From the NCBI GenBank assembly GCA_963726375.1, contig CAVSCE010000010.1, positions 30,351 to 94,350 of the forward strand: a stretch of DNA of 64,000 bases. The letters are read 5' to 3'. The notes beneath the pieces were generated by a model. It worked only from the letters and a program-made list of their open reading frames with translations, did not search any database and was not told the DNA's origin. Of this stretch, positions 10,501 through 23,090 are shown one piece after another (positions within the stretch are counted from its first letter, which is position 1; every line of letters starts with the position of its first letter). This DNA comes from an uncultured Chloroflexia bacterium (lineage in GTDB: Bacteria > Chloroflexota > Anaerolineae > Anaerolineales > UBA4823). The position numbers and the translations under genes are program-made.

Positions 10501-12647
10501 GGCGGGTGGCTCAGCGTCAGCTCCAGCTCGGCCGAGTGGATCACCGCCTCCGCCGGGATCCGCCCGTCCAGGTCGAACTTAAGAAAGCTTCGCGACACCG
10601 GGCTGCCCGGAGGCGGGCTGTGCTCCACAAACAGCACCTCTCCGCTCCCGAAGTTCGTGGACGGGTCGTACAGTGCGACGCTCGCGTCTGCGCTCGGGTA
10701 GAATACTCCGCCGCAGCCTTCCAGCTCTCCTGGCTGGTCCCAGAAGCGGTTGCCGGTCAGGTCCTTGCTTTCCAAAGGGATCTCGAATTGGATCCAATCT
10801 GACGACTGAACGACACCGGTTGGAGATGAGGCCGCTTCGGAGATGTAGCCAGGCAGGTTGGTCTCGACGATGCTGTAATACTAATAACCCGCTGGCGCCT
10901 CCAAGTCCAAACCAGCCGTCCTCATTCGACAATGTCCTTCCAATCAGCGCCCCCTGCTGGCCTGCACTGTTCGAGCCGTACAGGCTGACAGCCACCCCAG
11001 CCAGCGGCGTCGAATTCGTCGCCCTCCAGCCCTTCGAAGACCATTCCCTCGATCTGGTTCGGCTGGGATTCCGGCAGGTCCCAGAACCGGTTGCCGGTCA
11101 GGTCTTTGCTTTCCAGCGGGATCTCGTACTGGATCCAGTCGTCGCTCAGCACGCTGCCCTCCGGTGAGAAAGCCGCCTCGGAGAGGTATCCCGCCGGGTT
11201 CGTCTCGACGATGCTGTAGTACTCATAACCCGCCGGCGCGATCAACCCGAACCATCCGCCGGGGACGGTCTGCGTGTTTTCCAGCAGCGCCCCCTGCTGG
11301 CCGGCGTTGTTCGAGCCGTACAGGCCGACCGTCACCCCCTCCAGCGGCGTCGTCTCGTCGCCTTCCATCCCTGCGAATACCTTACCCTGGATCCGGTTCA
11401 GCCGGACGATCTCGCCGTAGATGTTCTCACCCTGGCTCACATCCCGGCTGTCCTGCCAGGCGATCAGGTAGCTCAGGTCCCCGCCGGCGGCGATCGTCGG
11501 GTGCATCTCCATGCTTCCCAGTCCGGAGCTGAGAATCTCGGCTTCAGGCATTGAGCCATCCGTGCGGACACGCCTGCGGTAGACGTTGACATCCTCGCCC
11601 GGAACATTCATCTGCCAGGTGACCATGAAATCAACGGCGTGCGATTGAAACGCGACCTGCGGAGAGCCGCGGTAGTATGTCCCCAGCTCGGCGATCGCGA
11701 AATTCCCCTCGACCAGCGCCCCGGACGCGCCCACCCGCTGTCCGTAGATGTCTCTGTCCGTGCGCTCGTCCTGCCAGACGACCAGGAATTCGTCTTCGGC
11801 CTCGTTGTACGCCAGCTGCGGGAGCATCTGGTCGGCTGAGGCGCTGGAGATTGTAATTGGGCCGCCGGTCAGCTCGCCGACAGCGCTTGCCCGCTGCCCG
11901 TAGATGTCATAATTCCCGTATTCAGTCTGCTGGTGCCAGACCACCAGGTATTCGCCGGTATTTGGGTTGACGCTGACCGCCGCTCCAGATTCGTCGATAG
12001 AATCGTCGGCAATATAGAACCCGCCCCCGGTTATCGGCGCTCCATTTGCATCCAGCCTCTGGGCGTAGATCTCGGACTGGTCGGCCTGGTAGCGCTCCCA
12101 TACCGCCAGGTACTCCCCGGAAACCGGGTTGTAGACCAGGTCGGGGAGGCTGATCGTCAGCCGTGGAGGTGTCGACCGCGATCTCTGAGCCGATGGTGGC
12201 TCCGCCGTCGCTCACCCGCCGTGCGTAGATGTTGTGGTCTGTCTCGCTGAAATAAGCGTCCCAAATGACCAGGAATTCGTAGGATCCGGTCTTGTACGCT
12301 GCGGAAGGATTGTCCCGCGGGGGCGGGGTGGAGCCCGAAAGCGTAATCGGACCATAGACCGGATTCCCTTCGGAGTTGACGAATTGGGCTTCGATCGTAT
12401 GGTAAAAAACATCCCCCAAGTTTATGGTGCGACCATAGGTCAGCAGAAAAAAATCAAGGTCGGGGTCATAACCCAGGTCGGGGCTGTACTCATCTCCGCT
12501 GAAGCTTGTGAGCGGAACAGCGCCCTCGGGGATCAGGCTGGAGTTTTCGGCTGATCGAAATGCGCCCCCTGAAGCGGGGAGTGCCAGAGATACACAAGCA
12601 AGCAGAGCAAGTCCAAAAAGCTGCCTGAAAGCTCTTGCGGTCTTCAT
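7592..12647 (-). CDS. Giant secreted multidomain metalloprotease: propeller-like repeats, 2 Ig-like ~110 aa repeats, DNRLRE-like domain, M4 (thermolysin) peptidase, thrombospondin type 3 repeats, C-terminal YLP motif (several frameshifts)
   Basis: Signal peptide MKTARAFRQLFGLALLAC; joined from ORFs 11922..12818, 10922..11944, 9324..10775, 8971..9564, 7592..8911; HEFSH plus DESFAD zinc motifs; DNGGVHINSG; repeated DxDxD..DNCP; ends YLYLPVVQR. Confidence 0.8.
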
Positions 12648-12900
12648 TGTCTCTCCCTCTGAGGATCCTGATTTGAACGGCTTTTCGCTTTGATCTGGCT
12701 GTGGAGGTGAGATGCGGCGGGTGATGGGTGCCGGCTGAAGAAGGAGGAGCACAGGTTCCTCCCCCTTAGTATATAAAAAACTCGGATCATATGCAAGCGG
12801 TATCTTTAAAAACTTCACCCTGGCAGGTTTCTACTTCCCGCCAGGGTTGTCTGAGATCATTCGACCGTCTGGTTGAATCCCCCTTCACCTTCAATTACCT

Positions 12901-15900
12901 TTAACTCAACACAACCGGCAGGAAGATCCCATCGATCTGATCCGGCATGACCCAGAACCGGTTTCCGGTCAGGTCCTTGGCCTCGAGCGGAGCGGCGTAC
13001 TGGATCCAGCCGCCGCTCTGCACGTCCCCCGCCGGGGACGATGCCGCCACGGAATGGTACCCGGGTAGGTCCGTCTTGACGATTGCCGTAGTACTCGTAG
13101 CCCGCCGGGGCGATCAATCCGAACCAGCCGTCCGCGTTGGTCAGCGTGCTCCCCAGCAGCTCGCCCTGGACCCCTGCGCTGTTCGAGCCGTACAGGCTGA
13201 CGGTCACCCCTTCCATCGGCGTCGATTCGTCGCCCTGCAGCCCTTCAAAGACCGATCCCCTCGAACCGGTTCGGCTCGTCCCAGAAGCGGTTGCCGGTCA
13301 GGTCCTAATGCTTCAAGTGGGGCGGCGTACTGGATCCAATCGCCGCTCAACACCTCCCCTCATAGGGGACGATGCTGCCACAGAACGATACCCCGGCGGG
13401 TTGGTCTCGAGGATGCTGTAGTACTCGTAGCCCGCCGGCACATCAAGCGTGAACCGTCCGTCCGGCTGGGTCAGCGTGCTCCCCAGCAGCTCGCCCTGGA
13501 CTCCGGCGCTGTTGGAGCCGTACAGGCTGACGGTCACCCCTTCCATCGGCGTCAATTCGTCGCCCTGCAGCCCATCGAAGACCACCCCCTCGATCCGGTT
13601 CAGCCTGTCCCAGAACCGGTTGCCGGTCAGGTCCTTGTTCTCGAGCGGAGCGGCGTACTGGATCCAGTCCTCCGTCAGAACGGTCCCATCCAGCGAAACT
13701 GCAGCCTCAGAACGGTATCCCGGCGGGTTGGTCTCGACGATGCTGTAGTACTCGTAGCCCGCCGGCACATCAAGCGTGAACCGTCCGTCCAGTTGGGTCA
13801 GCGTGCTCCCCAGCAGCTCGCCCTGGACTCCAGCGCTGTTTGAGCCGTACAGGCTGACGGTCACTCCTTCCAGCGGCGCCGTCTCGTCGCCCTGCAGCCC
13901 TTCGAATACCGCCCCCTCGATCCGGTTCAGCCTGTCCCAGAACCGGTTGCCGGTCAGGTCCTTGGCCTCGAGCGGAGCCGCGTACTGGATCCAGTCTGCA
14001 GACTGAACGACGCCGCCTGTTGACGATGCTGCTTCCGAGAGATAGCCTGGCAGGTTGGTCTCGACGATGCTGTAGTACTCGTAGCCCGCCGGGGCGATCA
14101 ATCCGAACCAGCCGTCCGAATTGGTCAGCGTGCTCCCCAGAAGGTCGCCCTGGACCCCTGCGCTGTTTGAGCCGTACAGGCTGACGGTCGCCAATTCCAG
14201 CGGGATGGTCTCGTCGCCCTGCAGCCCCACGAATACGTTGCCCTGGATCCGATTCAATTCGACTTTCGGCGTGTCCCAGAACCGGTTTCCGGTCAGGTCC
14301 TTATTCTCGAGCGGGGCTGTGTATTGGATCCAGTCGTCGTTTCGCACTCCCCCTCCGGCGAGAAAGCGGCCTCGGAGCGGTATTCCGACGGAGTGGTCTC
14401 GACGATGCTGTAGTAATCGTAGCCTGCCGGGGCGATCAATCCAAACCACCCGTCCAGGTCGGTCTGCGTGCTCCCCAGCAGCTCCCCCGGTTGACCGTAG
14501 TTGTTTGAGCCGTACAGGCTGACGGTCACCCCTGCGAGCGGGATGCTTTCGTCGCCCTGCAGCCCTTCAAAGACTGCCCCTCGAACCGGTTCGGCAAATC
14601 CCAGAACCGGTTTCCGGTCAGGTCCTTATTCTCGAGCGGGGCTGCGTACTGGATCCAGTCGCCGTTCGGCACGCTTCCGCCGGCGAGAAGCGGCCTCGGA
14701 ACGGTACCCCGGCGGGTTGGTCTCGAGGATGCTGTAGTACTCGTAGCCCGCCGGCGCGCGACAAGCCAAACAAGCCGTCCAGGTTGGTCTGCGTGCTCCC
14801 AAGCAGCTCGCCCTGGACCCCTGCGCTGTTCGAGCCGTACAGGCTGACGGTCACTCCCGCGAGCGGGATGCTTTCGTCGCCCTGCAGCCCTTCAAAGACT
14901 GCCCTCGAACCGGTTCGGCGAGTCCCAGAAGCGGTTGCCGGTCAGGTCCTTATTCTCGAGCGGGGCGGCGTACTGGATCCAATCGCCGCTCAGCACGCTT
15001 CCAGCCGGCGAGCTGGCCGACCTCGGAACGGTACCCCGGCGGGTTGGTCTCGACGATGCTGTAGTACTCGTAGCCCGCCGGCGCGACGAGTTCAAACAAG
15101 CCGTCCAGAGTCGGTCTGCGTGCTCCCAGCAGCTCGCCCTGGCCTACTGCGCTGTTCGAGCCGTACAGGCTGACGGTCACCCCTGCGAGCGGGATGCTTT
15201 CGTCGCCCTGCAGCCCCTCAAAGACCGTCCCTCGAACCGGTTCGGCCTGTCCCAGAAGCGGTTGCCGGTCAGGTCTAACTCTTCGAGCGGGGCGGTGTAT
15301 GGATCCAGTCGCCGCTCAGCACGCTTCCAGCCGGCGAGATGGCCACCTCGGAACGGTACCCGGCGGGTTGGTCTCGACGATGCTGTAGTACTCGTAGCCC
15401 GCCGGTGCGACGAGCTCAAAAAAGCCACCTAAGTCGGTCTGCGTGCTCCCGAGCAGGTCGCCCTGGATTCCTGCGCTGTTTGAGCCGTACAGGCTGACGG
15501 TCACCCCTGCGAGCGGGAAGCTTTCGTCGCCCTGCAGCCCCTAAAAGACCGCCCCCTCGAACCGGTTCGGCCTGTCCCAGAACCGGTTGCCGGTCAGGTC
15601 CTTATCCTCGAGCGGGGCGGCGTACTGGATCCAGTCGCCGCTCAGCACGCTTCCAGCCGGCGAGATGCTGCCTCGGAGCGGTACCCCGGCGGGTTGGTCT
15701 CGACGATGCTGTAGTACTCGTAGCCCGCCGGCACAACGAGCTCAAACAATCCGCCTAGGTCGGTCTGCGTGCTCCCCAGCAGCTCGCCCTGGACTTGCTG
15801 CGCTGTTCGAGCCGTACAGGCTGACGGTCACCCCTTCCATTGGGATCAATTCGTCGCCCTGCAGCCCATCGAAGACCGCCCCCTCGATCCGGTTCGGCCT

Positions 15901-17482
15901 GTCCCAGAACCGGTTGCGGGTCAGGTCCTTGTCCTCGAGCGGGGCGACGTACTGGATCCAGTCGCCGCTCAGCACGCTTCCCAGCCGGCGACGATGCTGC
16001 AATAGAATAGTAATCCTCGCGGGTTGCTCTCGACGATGCTGTAAAATCGTAGCCTGCCTGACGCGATCAGGCCAAACCAGCCGTCTGTGGCGGTCTGCAT
16101 GGTCTCCAGCAGCGCCCCCTGTTGGCCGAGGATGTTCGAGCCGTACAGCCCGACCGTCACCCCTTCAAGCGGCATCGTCTCATCTCCCTGCAGCCCTTCG
16201 AACACCTTGCCCTCGATCCGGTTCAGCCGGACGATCTCGCCGTAGATGTTCATATCTGGATCGCTATCCCGGCCGTCCTGCCAGGCGATCAGGTAGCTCA
16301 GCTCGCCGCCGGCGCCGATTGCCGGGTATTCCTCGAGGCTCTCCAGCGTCGAGACCGGGATCTCGGCTTCTGGCAGCCCCCGTCAGCCTTCACCCGCCGC
16401 CGGAAAACGTTGAAGTCCTTATTTGAGACCTGCAGGCTCCAGGCGACCATGAAATCGTCAGCTGCTTCGAGGTAAGCGACCTGCGGGTTTGTGCGGATGT
16501 CAGTCCCCAGGTCGGCGACTGCGAAGTTCCCGCCGATCAAAGCGCCCGACCCCGCCAGCCGCTGGGCGTAGATGTCGCCGTCCAGCCGTTCGTCGCGCCA
16601 GACGACCAGGTACTGCTGGTTGGTCGGGTTAAACGCGATCTGCGGGTGGAGCTGGTCGTTCGGGGCGGTGGAGATCGGAAACTGAACATCGATCGGCGCG
16701 CCCCCCGACGAGACAAGCTGGCCGTAGATGTCGTAGTTGCCGGCTGCCGTCTGCTGGTGCCAGATCACCAGGTATTCGCCGGTGATCGTGTTGCAGGTGA
16801 CCCTCGGCTCGGACTCGTCGATCGAAACGTCTCCCAGGGTTGTCCCATTTAGATCGTAGGGGCTGCCGTACTCGTTTAAACGGTGGATGATGATCTCAGA
16901 TTGGTCGGTCGCATAGCGCTGGTAGACTGCCAGGTACTCTCCGGTGTTCGGGTTATAGGCCAGGTCCGGCAGCGAATCGTTCTTATTGGTGAAATTTACA
17001 AAGATTTCTGTTTCTCCAATCACCGCGCCAACCCCACTCACCCGCCTGCCGAAGATATCGCTGTCGTTGGGGTCGTACTTCGAATCCCAGAGCACCAGGA
17101 ACTCGTCCAAGATGCTGTTATACGCCGCAGCAGGGTTTCCGCGCGGTGATCCGTCCTCGCTGGATATGTCAAGCGGCAGGTTGACCGGGCTTCCGGATAA
17201 ATCCACCATCTGGGCTTTGACCGAATAGACAAAGGTCTCCCCCGGCGGGGTGGGATAGCTGTACGAATTGCTGTAAGCCAGCAGGAATCGCTCGTTGGTC
17301 GCTCCGTAGGCCAGGTCGGGGTTGAGCTCCGTTCCCAGCAGGCTGGACAGCGGCGCAGCGCTCTGGTTCATCCGCGGACCCTCGATCCTCGCCAGGCTTC
17401 CCCCGGCTGCTGGCGGCGCAAACGCCGCGGACCCCAGGAAAACGAATAATACAGCCAGTCCATAAGCTCTGTTGGTCTTCAA
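12901..17482 (-). CDS. Giant secreted repeat protein: N-terminal propeller-like YLVVWxD repeats plus 10 tandem ~110 aa Ig/SdrD-B-like repeats (many frameshifts)
   Basis: Signal peptide MKTNRAYGLAVLFVFLG; repeat unit GxVFEGLQGDE..PLEGVTVSLYGSNSAG...APAGYEYYSIVETNP...DWIQYAAPLE.KDLTGNRFWD; corrected end GIFLPVVLS with stop at 12901. Confidence 0.75.
12950..16230 (-). repeat. Ten intragenic tandem repeats with a period of about 327 bp
   Basis: Marker GAGCCGTACAG recurs near 13185, 13515, 13842, 14169, 14507, 14832, 15158, 15482, 15809 and 16138. Confidence 0.9.
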
Positions 17483-17847
17483 GGATCCTCCCGGATCATC
17501 TGCTCAAATCTGCATTTTGCGGGGTTTCGGCTGTGAAATAATTGGAGCGTCGGGCAGGGCTGACGATTATTTGGGGTTTCATAGGCCATAGTATATATAA
17601 ACTTTACTGCGATTGCAAGCGGTCCATCTCTCCCCCTGTTCTCAGGCGCAGAAATCCGGGGCCAGTCCGCTGCGCTCGCCCTTCGGATTTGGTTCTTGGT
17701 AGAAACGACTTCAGTCGTCCCGCTCTTCACTTCATCAGAAATCTTGTTGTCCGATCGGCCTTGCTTCTGCTGGGCGTAAGTTTTCCCAATTGAATTTCCT
17801 AAAAAATTTCTGATGATCCATGAATGGATTTAAGGTATTGAGCTTAA

Positions 17848-18375
17848 TCAATGCTGGTCCTCCCCGATTTCAGCTTCGATGAGGGCGTTCAGCTTGGCGT
17901 TCATTGTTTCCAGCAGCCCTTCATCGTAGCCGGGATTTTTCGGGTAGGCCAGGTTGTTCATTTCCTCCGGATCGATGGCAAGGTCGTAGAGACCCACATC
18001 GTTGCTGGACAGCAGTTCTGCCGCCGATTGCGGCAGGTTGTAATGGCCCTGCCCAAAGTAGCGGACCAGCTTGTAGCGGCCATCGAAGACGCCCCGGAAC
18101 AACTCGCGCTTCTCCGGATCAGGTGTGCCGATCTCGTCCAGCATAGCCTGGAATTCATCCAACCCGCGCAGGAATTCGTTGCCAGCCGCCTTGGCCGCTT
18201 GATCGAACACTCTGGGTGCATTGCGCATGAACCATTCGGCGTCAATTGTGGCGATCATATCGTATGTGAATAAACACCCTATCCCAGGGGTAATCGCGCT
18301 GCCCCGCGGACCGTCGGACATCGGATTCTCCACGATGCCAGATAAGTCGTGTCCTTTGAGAATATGATGCGGGTA
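17848..18375 (-). pseudogene. 5'-truncated paralog of the adjacent sulfatase (C-terminal part only)
   Basis: Shares TYDMIATIDAEW, VFDGRYKLVRYFG, DPEEM.NLA and KLNALIEAEIGED with 18557..20183; lacks the catalytic N-terminus. Confidence 0.8.
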
Positions 18376-18399
18376 TTATTTTCTATGGGGATGATTTAT

Positions 18400-18487
18400 T
18401 TAGGGGCGGGTCTGTTCCAGCGATATCCTATGCCGAATTGGGTCTAGTCAGGATCGTTGAAGCGACGACCGGTAGACAGACCCGCCC
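18400..18487. repeat. REP-like inverted repeat GGGCGGGTCTG...CAGACCCGCCC
   Basis: Inverted ends visible in sequence between the two sulfatase copies. Confidence 0.55.
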
Positions 18488-18556
18488 AATTCATCCGGAT
18501 ATACCTCATGCCGGATACGCAAGGGTTATTATTACTCGAATTCACATCTGTGTAGC

Positions 18557-20183
18557 TTATTCCGGTGGTGTGAATAGGGCTTTATCTTCCCCAATCTCCG
18601 CTTCAATCAGCGCATTGAGTTTTTGGTTCATGGTCGATAATAATTCTTCACTGTACTTGGGATTGGTCGGGTTGGCCAGATTATCCATCTCCTCAGGATC
18701 CAGCAACAGATCGTAGAGACCAGTATCATTATCGGCCTGCAGCCGCTCAACCGAGGGGGGCAGGTTGAAATGGCCCAGTCCAAAGTAACGGACCAGCTTG
18801 TATCGACCATCGAAAACACAACGGAATATCTCTCGTTTATCCGGGTTTGGCAAGCCGACCTCGTCCAGCATGCCGATAAACAACTCCAGACCGCGATGGA
18901 ACTCCTGGCCTGCCTGAGCGGCGGCCTGGTCGAACACCTTGGGAGCGTTGCGGTTAAGCCATTCCGCGTCGATGGTGGCGATCATATCGTAGGTCAGCAG
19001 GCAGCCCTTACCAGGTTCTGCGCTGCTGCCGCGCGGTCCGTCAGAGGTGGGCGTTTCCACCACGCCTGAAAGATCATATCCTTTCAGGGCTGGGTAGCGC
19101 TGCCGCAGCTCGGCCTCCGGCAGGCCAGCATAAGCCAGGATGGTGGGAACCAGGTCGAGATGAGAACCCACCGCATCCGTCCTGGCTCCGCCGGGGCGGC
19201 GCGGATCGACGATCACCAGAGGCACGTTGACGGTTTCCCGGAAAGCCACGCTGCCTTTTTGGCGCAGGTGATGGGCGCCTCCCATCTCGCCGTGATCGGC
19301 GGTAAAAATGATGACCGTGTTATCAGCCTGGCCGGACGCTTCCAGGGCATCCAGCACCGCCCCGATGTGCCGGTCGACATCCAGCATGCAGTTGAGGTAG
19401 TAGTTGACATGGTTGTGCCACATATCCCGGCGATCCATTGGAATCCGACCGTAGGCCACGTCACTCAGGCGTTTATAATTGCGGACGGCTGGCGGCTGTC
19501 CCTCGAGGTCGTCAAAGAAGGAGGCCGGTAAGGTTGTCGGCCATTTCTGGTTGTAAAGCGGCGTATCGGGCGCGTTAAAAATCGGGAACATGCCCTTGAC
19601 CTGCACCATCTCTTCAGCGTCGGTATCGAAATACATGATATCGTGAGGGTTGACGAAGTTCACGGTCATGTACCACGGTTGGGCGGCAGCGACTTCAGGG
19701 GCGCGCTTCGTCAGCCAATCGACGGCATCAGCCGCAATCAATGGATCTTTTTTAACGCCATCCATCGGCGCGCCTTGCGCATCGCCCCATTCCTGGTAGT
19801 CAGAGAAGCCGTAGGGTTCCATGGCTTCATGGGTGTCCCCAGCCGGAAACTCGGAGAGGTGCCATTTGCCTTTATAGGCGGTATAGTAGCCCAGATCACG
19901 CAGCATATGACCGATGGTGGGCAAGGCCTCCGGATCTGCCCGCATATCATCGATCCAGGCGAAATTGGTATTGTCAAACATGCGGGTGTGCGGCGTATGC
20001 CTGCCAGTGTAACATCACCGAGCGGGAAGGGGTGCATACGGTGGTGGTGGCATGGTGATTGTTAAAGGTGACCCCCCGGGCATAGATACGATCCCGGTTG
20101 GATAAAACAAAACCCGCCGGCAAAGACTGGTGGGCATATTCCTGATCGGTCACGATCATAAGGATATTGGGGCGATTAGGCAT
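18557..20183 (-). CDS. Formylglycine-dependent sulfatase (one frameshift near 20000)
   Basis: PNILMIVTDQ, CTPSR formylglycine motif, GYYTAYKGKWHL, NPHD, FTADHGE. Confidence 0.9.
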
Positions 20184-20425
20184 AATTCCAGGTTCCTCCT
20201 GATTTTTTTGGTTTATCGTAATAGTATATCCCACGTCGAGCATTTTCGATCATTATTTTCACCACAAAGGGTGATGATTTTGACAATCTTGGTTTAAGCA
20301 TAGCATATTTTCCTCCAGCCTGCAATAAATTTAGTGATTCACTTTCACAAATTGGGGCATCTGGTATGGTTTTTTCGGTTAGGTTTAAATCAAAACAACG
20401 GGTTGAGCCATGAAGGGTTATATTC

Positions 20426-20710
20426 CTAAGACAAACTTTTTTCATATATCTCTCGATAAGGATATTTTTCAGAGAGCTTCATCACCACACTTCTGGCCGT
20501 TCTGATGATCTTCCAGGCCAGAAAAATGAAGTTACCGCAGAGCATGGTTTTGATGTGGTTCATTTTGATTTTGTTGGTGGAGGCGTTCTCAAAAACCAGG
20601 TCGTGATCAATCAGGTCAAAAATCCCATTTTTATTGGCATGTTCCAACAATAGAAATAACCCGGCATTGGAGGTGAGATTTCTGGCTGAGAATTCGATTT
20701 TATTAATCAA
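20426..20710 (-). mobile_element. Internally deleted IS1380-family transposase remnant
   Basis: IS1380-like N-terminus (IEFSARNLTSNAGL) fused directly to an IS1380-like C-terminus (FIFLAWKIIRTARSVVMKLS); no DDE core; AT-rich; ends not resolved. Confidence 0.65.
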
Positions 20711-21366
20711 GGCAACATCCTATTCTGCAGAAATTCTTTTCCTAAAGATTTTAACAGGCTGTCTGGAGTGGCTGTCATTTCTTTTACCCAATGGGTGAAT
20801 GCATGAGTTTGATGACAAATTCCAAACAATCTCCCATGTGGGTTAATAGTAGCGATTTTTGCTGAAAATTGACGGAAAATCAGCTCAAATGGCCCATTTA
20901 TACATCGAAAGTGGGGCTTTTATAAAAATGCACTTCTTTGACCGATTCAGGGACGTAGAATCCGAGTGTAATAAATTTCAGGCGTTCGCCGATCGCACGG
21001 CCAGGCTCGCCGCATCGGCCAAACCAGTCGCTCTAAATCCCGGTGCTCCGCTCGACCTCCGGCTTTTGTTCTTCGTAATAACGTCTTCAGTCCTTCTCCC
21101 CGATCCATTCGCATTCTATCTGCATCCTTGCCTTCCACAACCTGATTGAGCCAGGCTGCAGCCTTATTCAGCGCATAACCATAATCACCCTTTCACGCTC
21201 TTGTAAGGTTGTTGTAATCTTTGCCGATTAAACTATCGATGTCCCCCAGAGTTGACTTAAGCTTGCCGAAGCAGCCGAAATCCAACCCCGGGAATTGAGC
21301 CGATTAATCAACGCAGTGGCCAAAAGATTACCGATACAATCTTTAGAGGTTATGACACGAAGGAGC

Positions 21367-22343
21367 ATGAAAATGATTAAGATCAAATCTTCCGAGATCA
21401 CGCCGGAACATCTTTATCTCAACCGGCGGGATTTTCTCAAAAGCCTGGGGATTCTTTCTGGAGCCGCGGCCCTGCTGGCCGCCTGCAAAGGGCAGCCCCC
21501 CGCCAGCCCGCTCGAAACCGGCGCCCCGGTCGGTGCCGTCTCGCAGACCGAAGCGCCTGCAGCCGCAGCCGCCGGCGACGAGCTCGGCGATCCCCTCACC
21601 AGCTTCGAAGACGTCACCAATTACAACAACTACTACGAGTTTTCAACCGACAAACGAGCGCGTCGCAAAGCTGGCCGAAGGCTATCCGACCTCTCCCTGG
21701 GAGGTCGCGGTCGCCGGCCTGGTCAGCAATCCGAAGGTCTACTCTGTCGACGACCTGCGCAAATTCGAGATCGAAGAGCGCATCTACCGCCTGCGCTGCG
21801 TGGAAGCCTGGTCGATGGTGATCCCCTGGCTGGGATTCCCCTTGCACCGGCTGCTCGAAGAAGTCGAGCCCAAACCCGAGGCAAAATATGTGCGCTTCGA
21901 GAACGATCTACGATCCGGACGGCATGCCCGGGATCAAGGCCAGCCCCTGGTATCAGTGGCCCTACATCGAAGGTCTGCGGGTGGACGAGGCCATGAACGA
22001 CCTGACGATCATGGCGACCGGTCTCTACGGAAAAGACCTGCTGCCGCAGAACGGCGCCCCCCTGCGGCTGGTGGTGCCGTGGAAGTACGGCTTCAAGAGC
22101 ATCAAATCGATCGTCAAAATCGAGCTGGTCGAAGAAATGCCCACTTCGCTGTGGATGGCTGCCGCCCCGAACGAGTACGGTTTCTATGCCAACGTCAACC
22201 CCGAGGTCGACCATCCCCGCTGGTCGCAGGCCAGCGAGCGCCGCATCGGCGAGGTCGGGCGCCGCGATACCTTGATGTTCAACGGCTATGAAGATGAAGT
22301 CGCCGGGCTCTACGCCGGGATGGATTTGAGCGTCAACTATTAG
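21367..22343 (+). CDS. msrP: Protein-methionine-sulfoxide reductase catalytic subunit (frameshifted)
   Basis: SEITPE...NRRDFLK Tat signal, [53 protein letters not shown]. Confidence 0.93.
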
Positions 22344-22390
22344 AAAAGCCGCCCAAAACAGCTTCAATCGCAGCTTCTCGGACCGCAGCG

Positions 22391-23080
22391 ATGGCTTCTC
22401 TGAACACGAACATGAAGAACTTCAAGACCACCCCCCTCCAGATTGCCGCCTACATCGCCGGCCTGATCCCGCTGTTGTCGCTTGGCTACGATTTCTGGCA
22501 GGGGAGCCTGGGCCCGGACCCGATCCGCGCTCGCCACCCTGCGCACCGGCAAAGCAGCCCTGATCATGCTGGTCGCCTCCCTGGCCTGCACGCCGGTCAG
22601 CAACTTTTCGGTTATAAGCCCGCCATCAGGCTCCGCCGCCCGCTCGGCCTGTTCAGCTTCATGTACGCCGCGATCCACTTTGCGATCTTCATCGCGCTGG
22701 ATTATGGCTTCGATTTCAGCCTGATCCCGGACGCGCTGCTCGAAAAGCGCTATGCGCTCGCGGGGTTGATCGCCGGCTCGATCCTGCTCCTGCTGGCGCT
22801 CACCTCCACCCAGGGCTCGCAGCGCCGCCTGAAACAGAATTGGAAGCGCCTGCACAGGCTGGTCTACCTCGCCTCCGTCCTGGCGGTCGTGCATTTTATC
22901 TGGCTGGTCAAACAGGGCGTGCTGGAGCCGTGGATCTGGGCGCTGGTGGTGCTCCTGCTGCTGGCGCTGCGCATCCCGCCGATCAAAAAAGCGGTCGGCA
23001 GCCTGCACGGGCTGGTCCAGAAATCGGCTGGTGGCAAAATTCGACCCGGCGCAAACCGGCCTCCCGGGGGTGCGCCTTAG
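22391..23080 (+). CDS. msrQ: Protein-methionine-sulfoxide reductase heme-binding membrane subunit (frameshifted)
   Basis: RRPLGLFSFMYAAIH, LALTS, WKRLHRLVY, HFIW; directly follows msrP. Confidence 0.9.
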   Translation: MASLNTNMKNFKTTPLQIAAYIAGLIPLLSLGYDFWQGSLGPDPIRARHPAHRQSSPDHAGRLPGLHAGQQLFGYKPAIRLRRPLGLFSFMYAAIHFAIFIALDYGFDFSLIPDALLEKRYALAGLIAGSILLLLALTSTQGSQRRLKQNWKRLHRLVYLASVLAVVHFIWLVKQGVLEPWIWALVVLLLLALRIPPIKKAVGSLHGLVQKSAGGKIRPGANRPPGGAP

Positions 23081-23090
23081 CCCGAGCGCT

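Noticed and set aside
12950-16230. Non-coding repeat array or mobile element cluster
   Set aside because: Units translate to one consistent ~110 aa domain with mostly synonymous or conservative changes, so it is an intragenic repeat.
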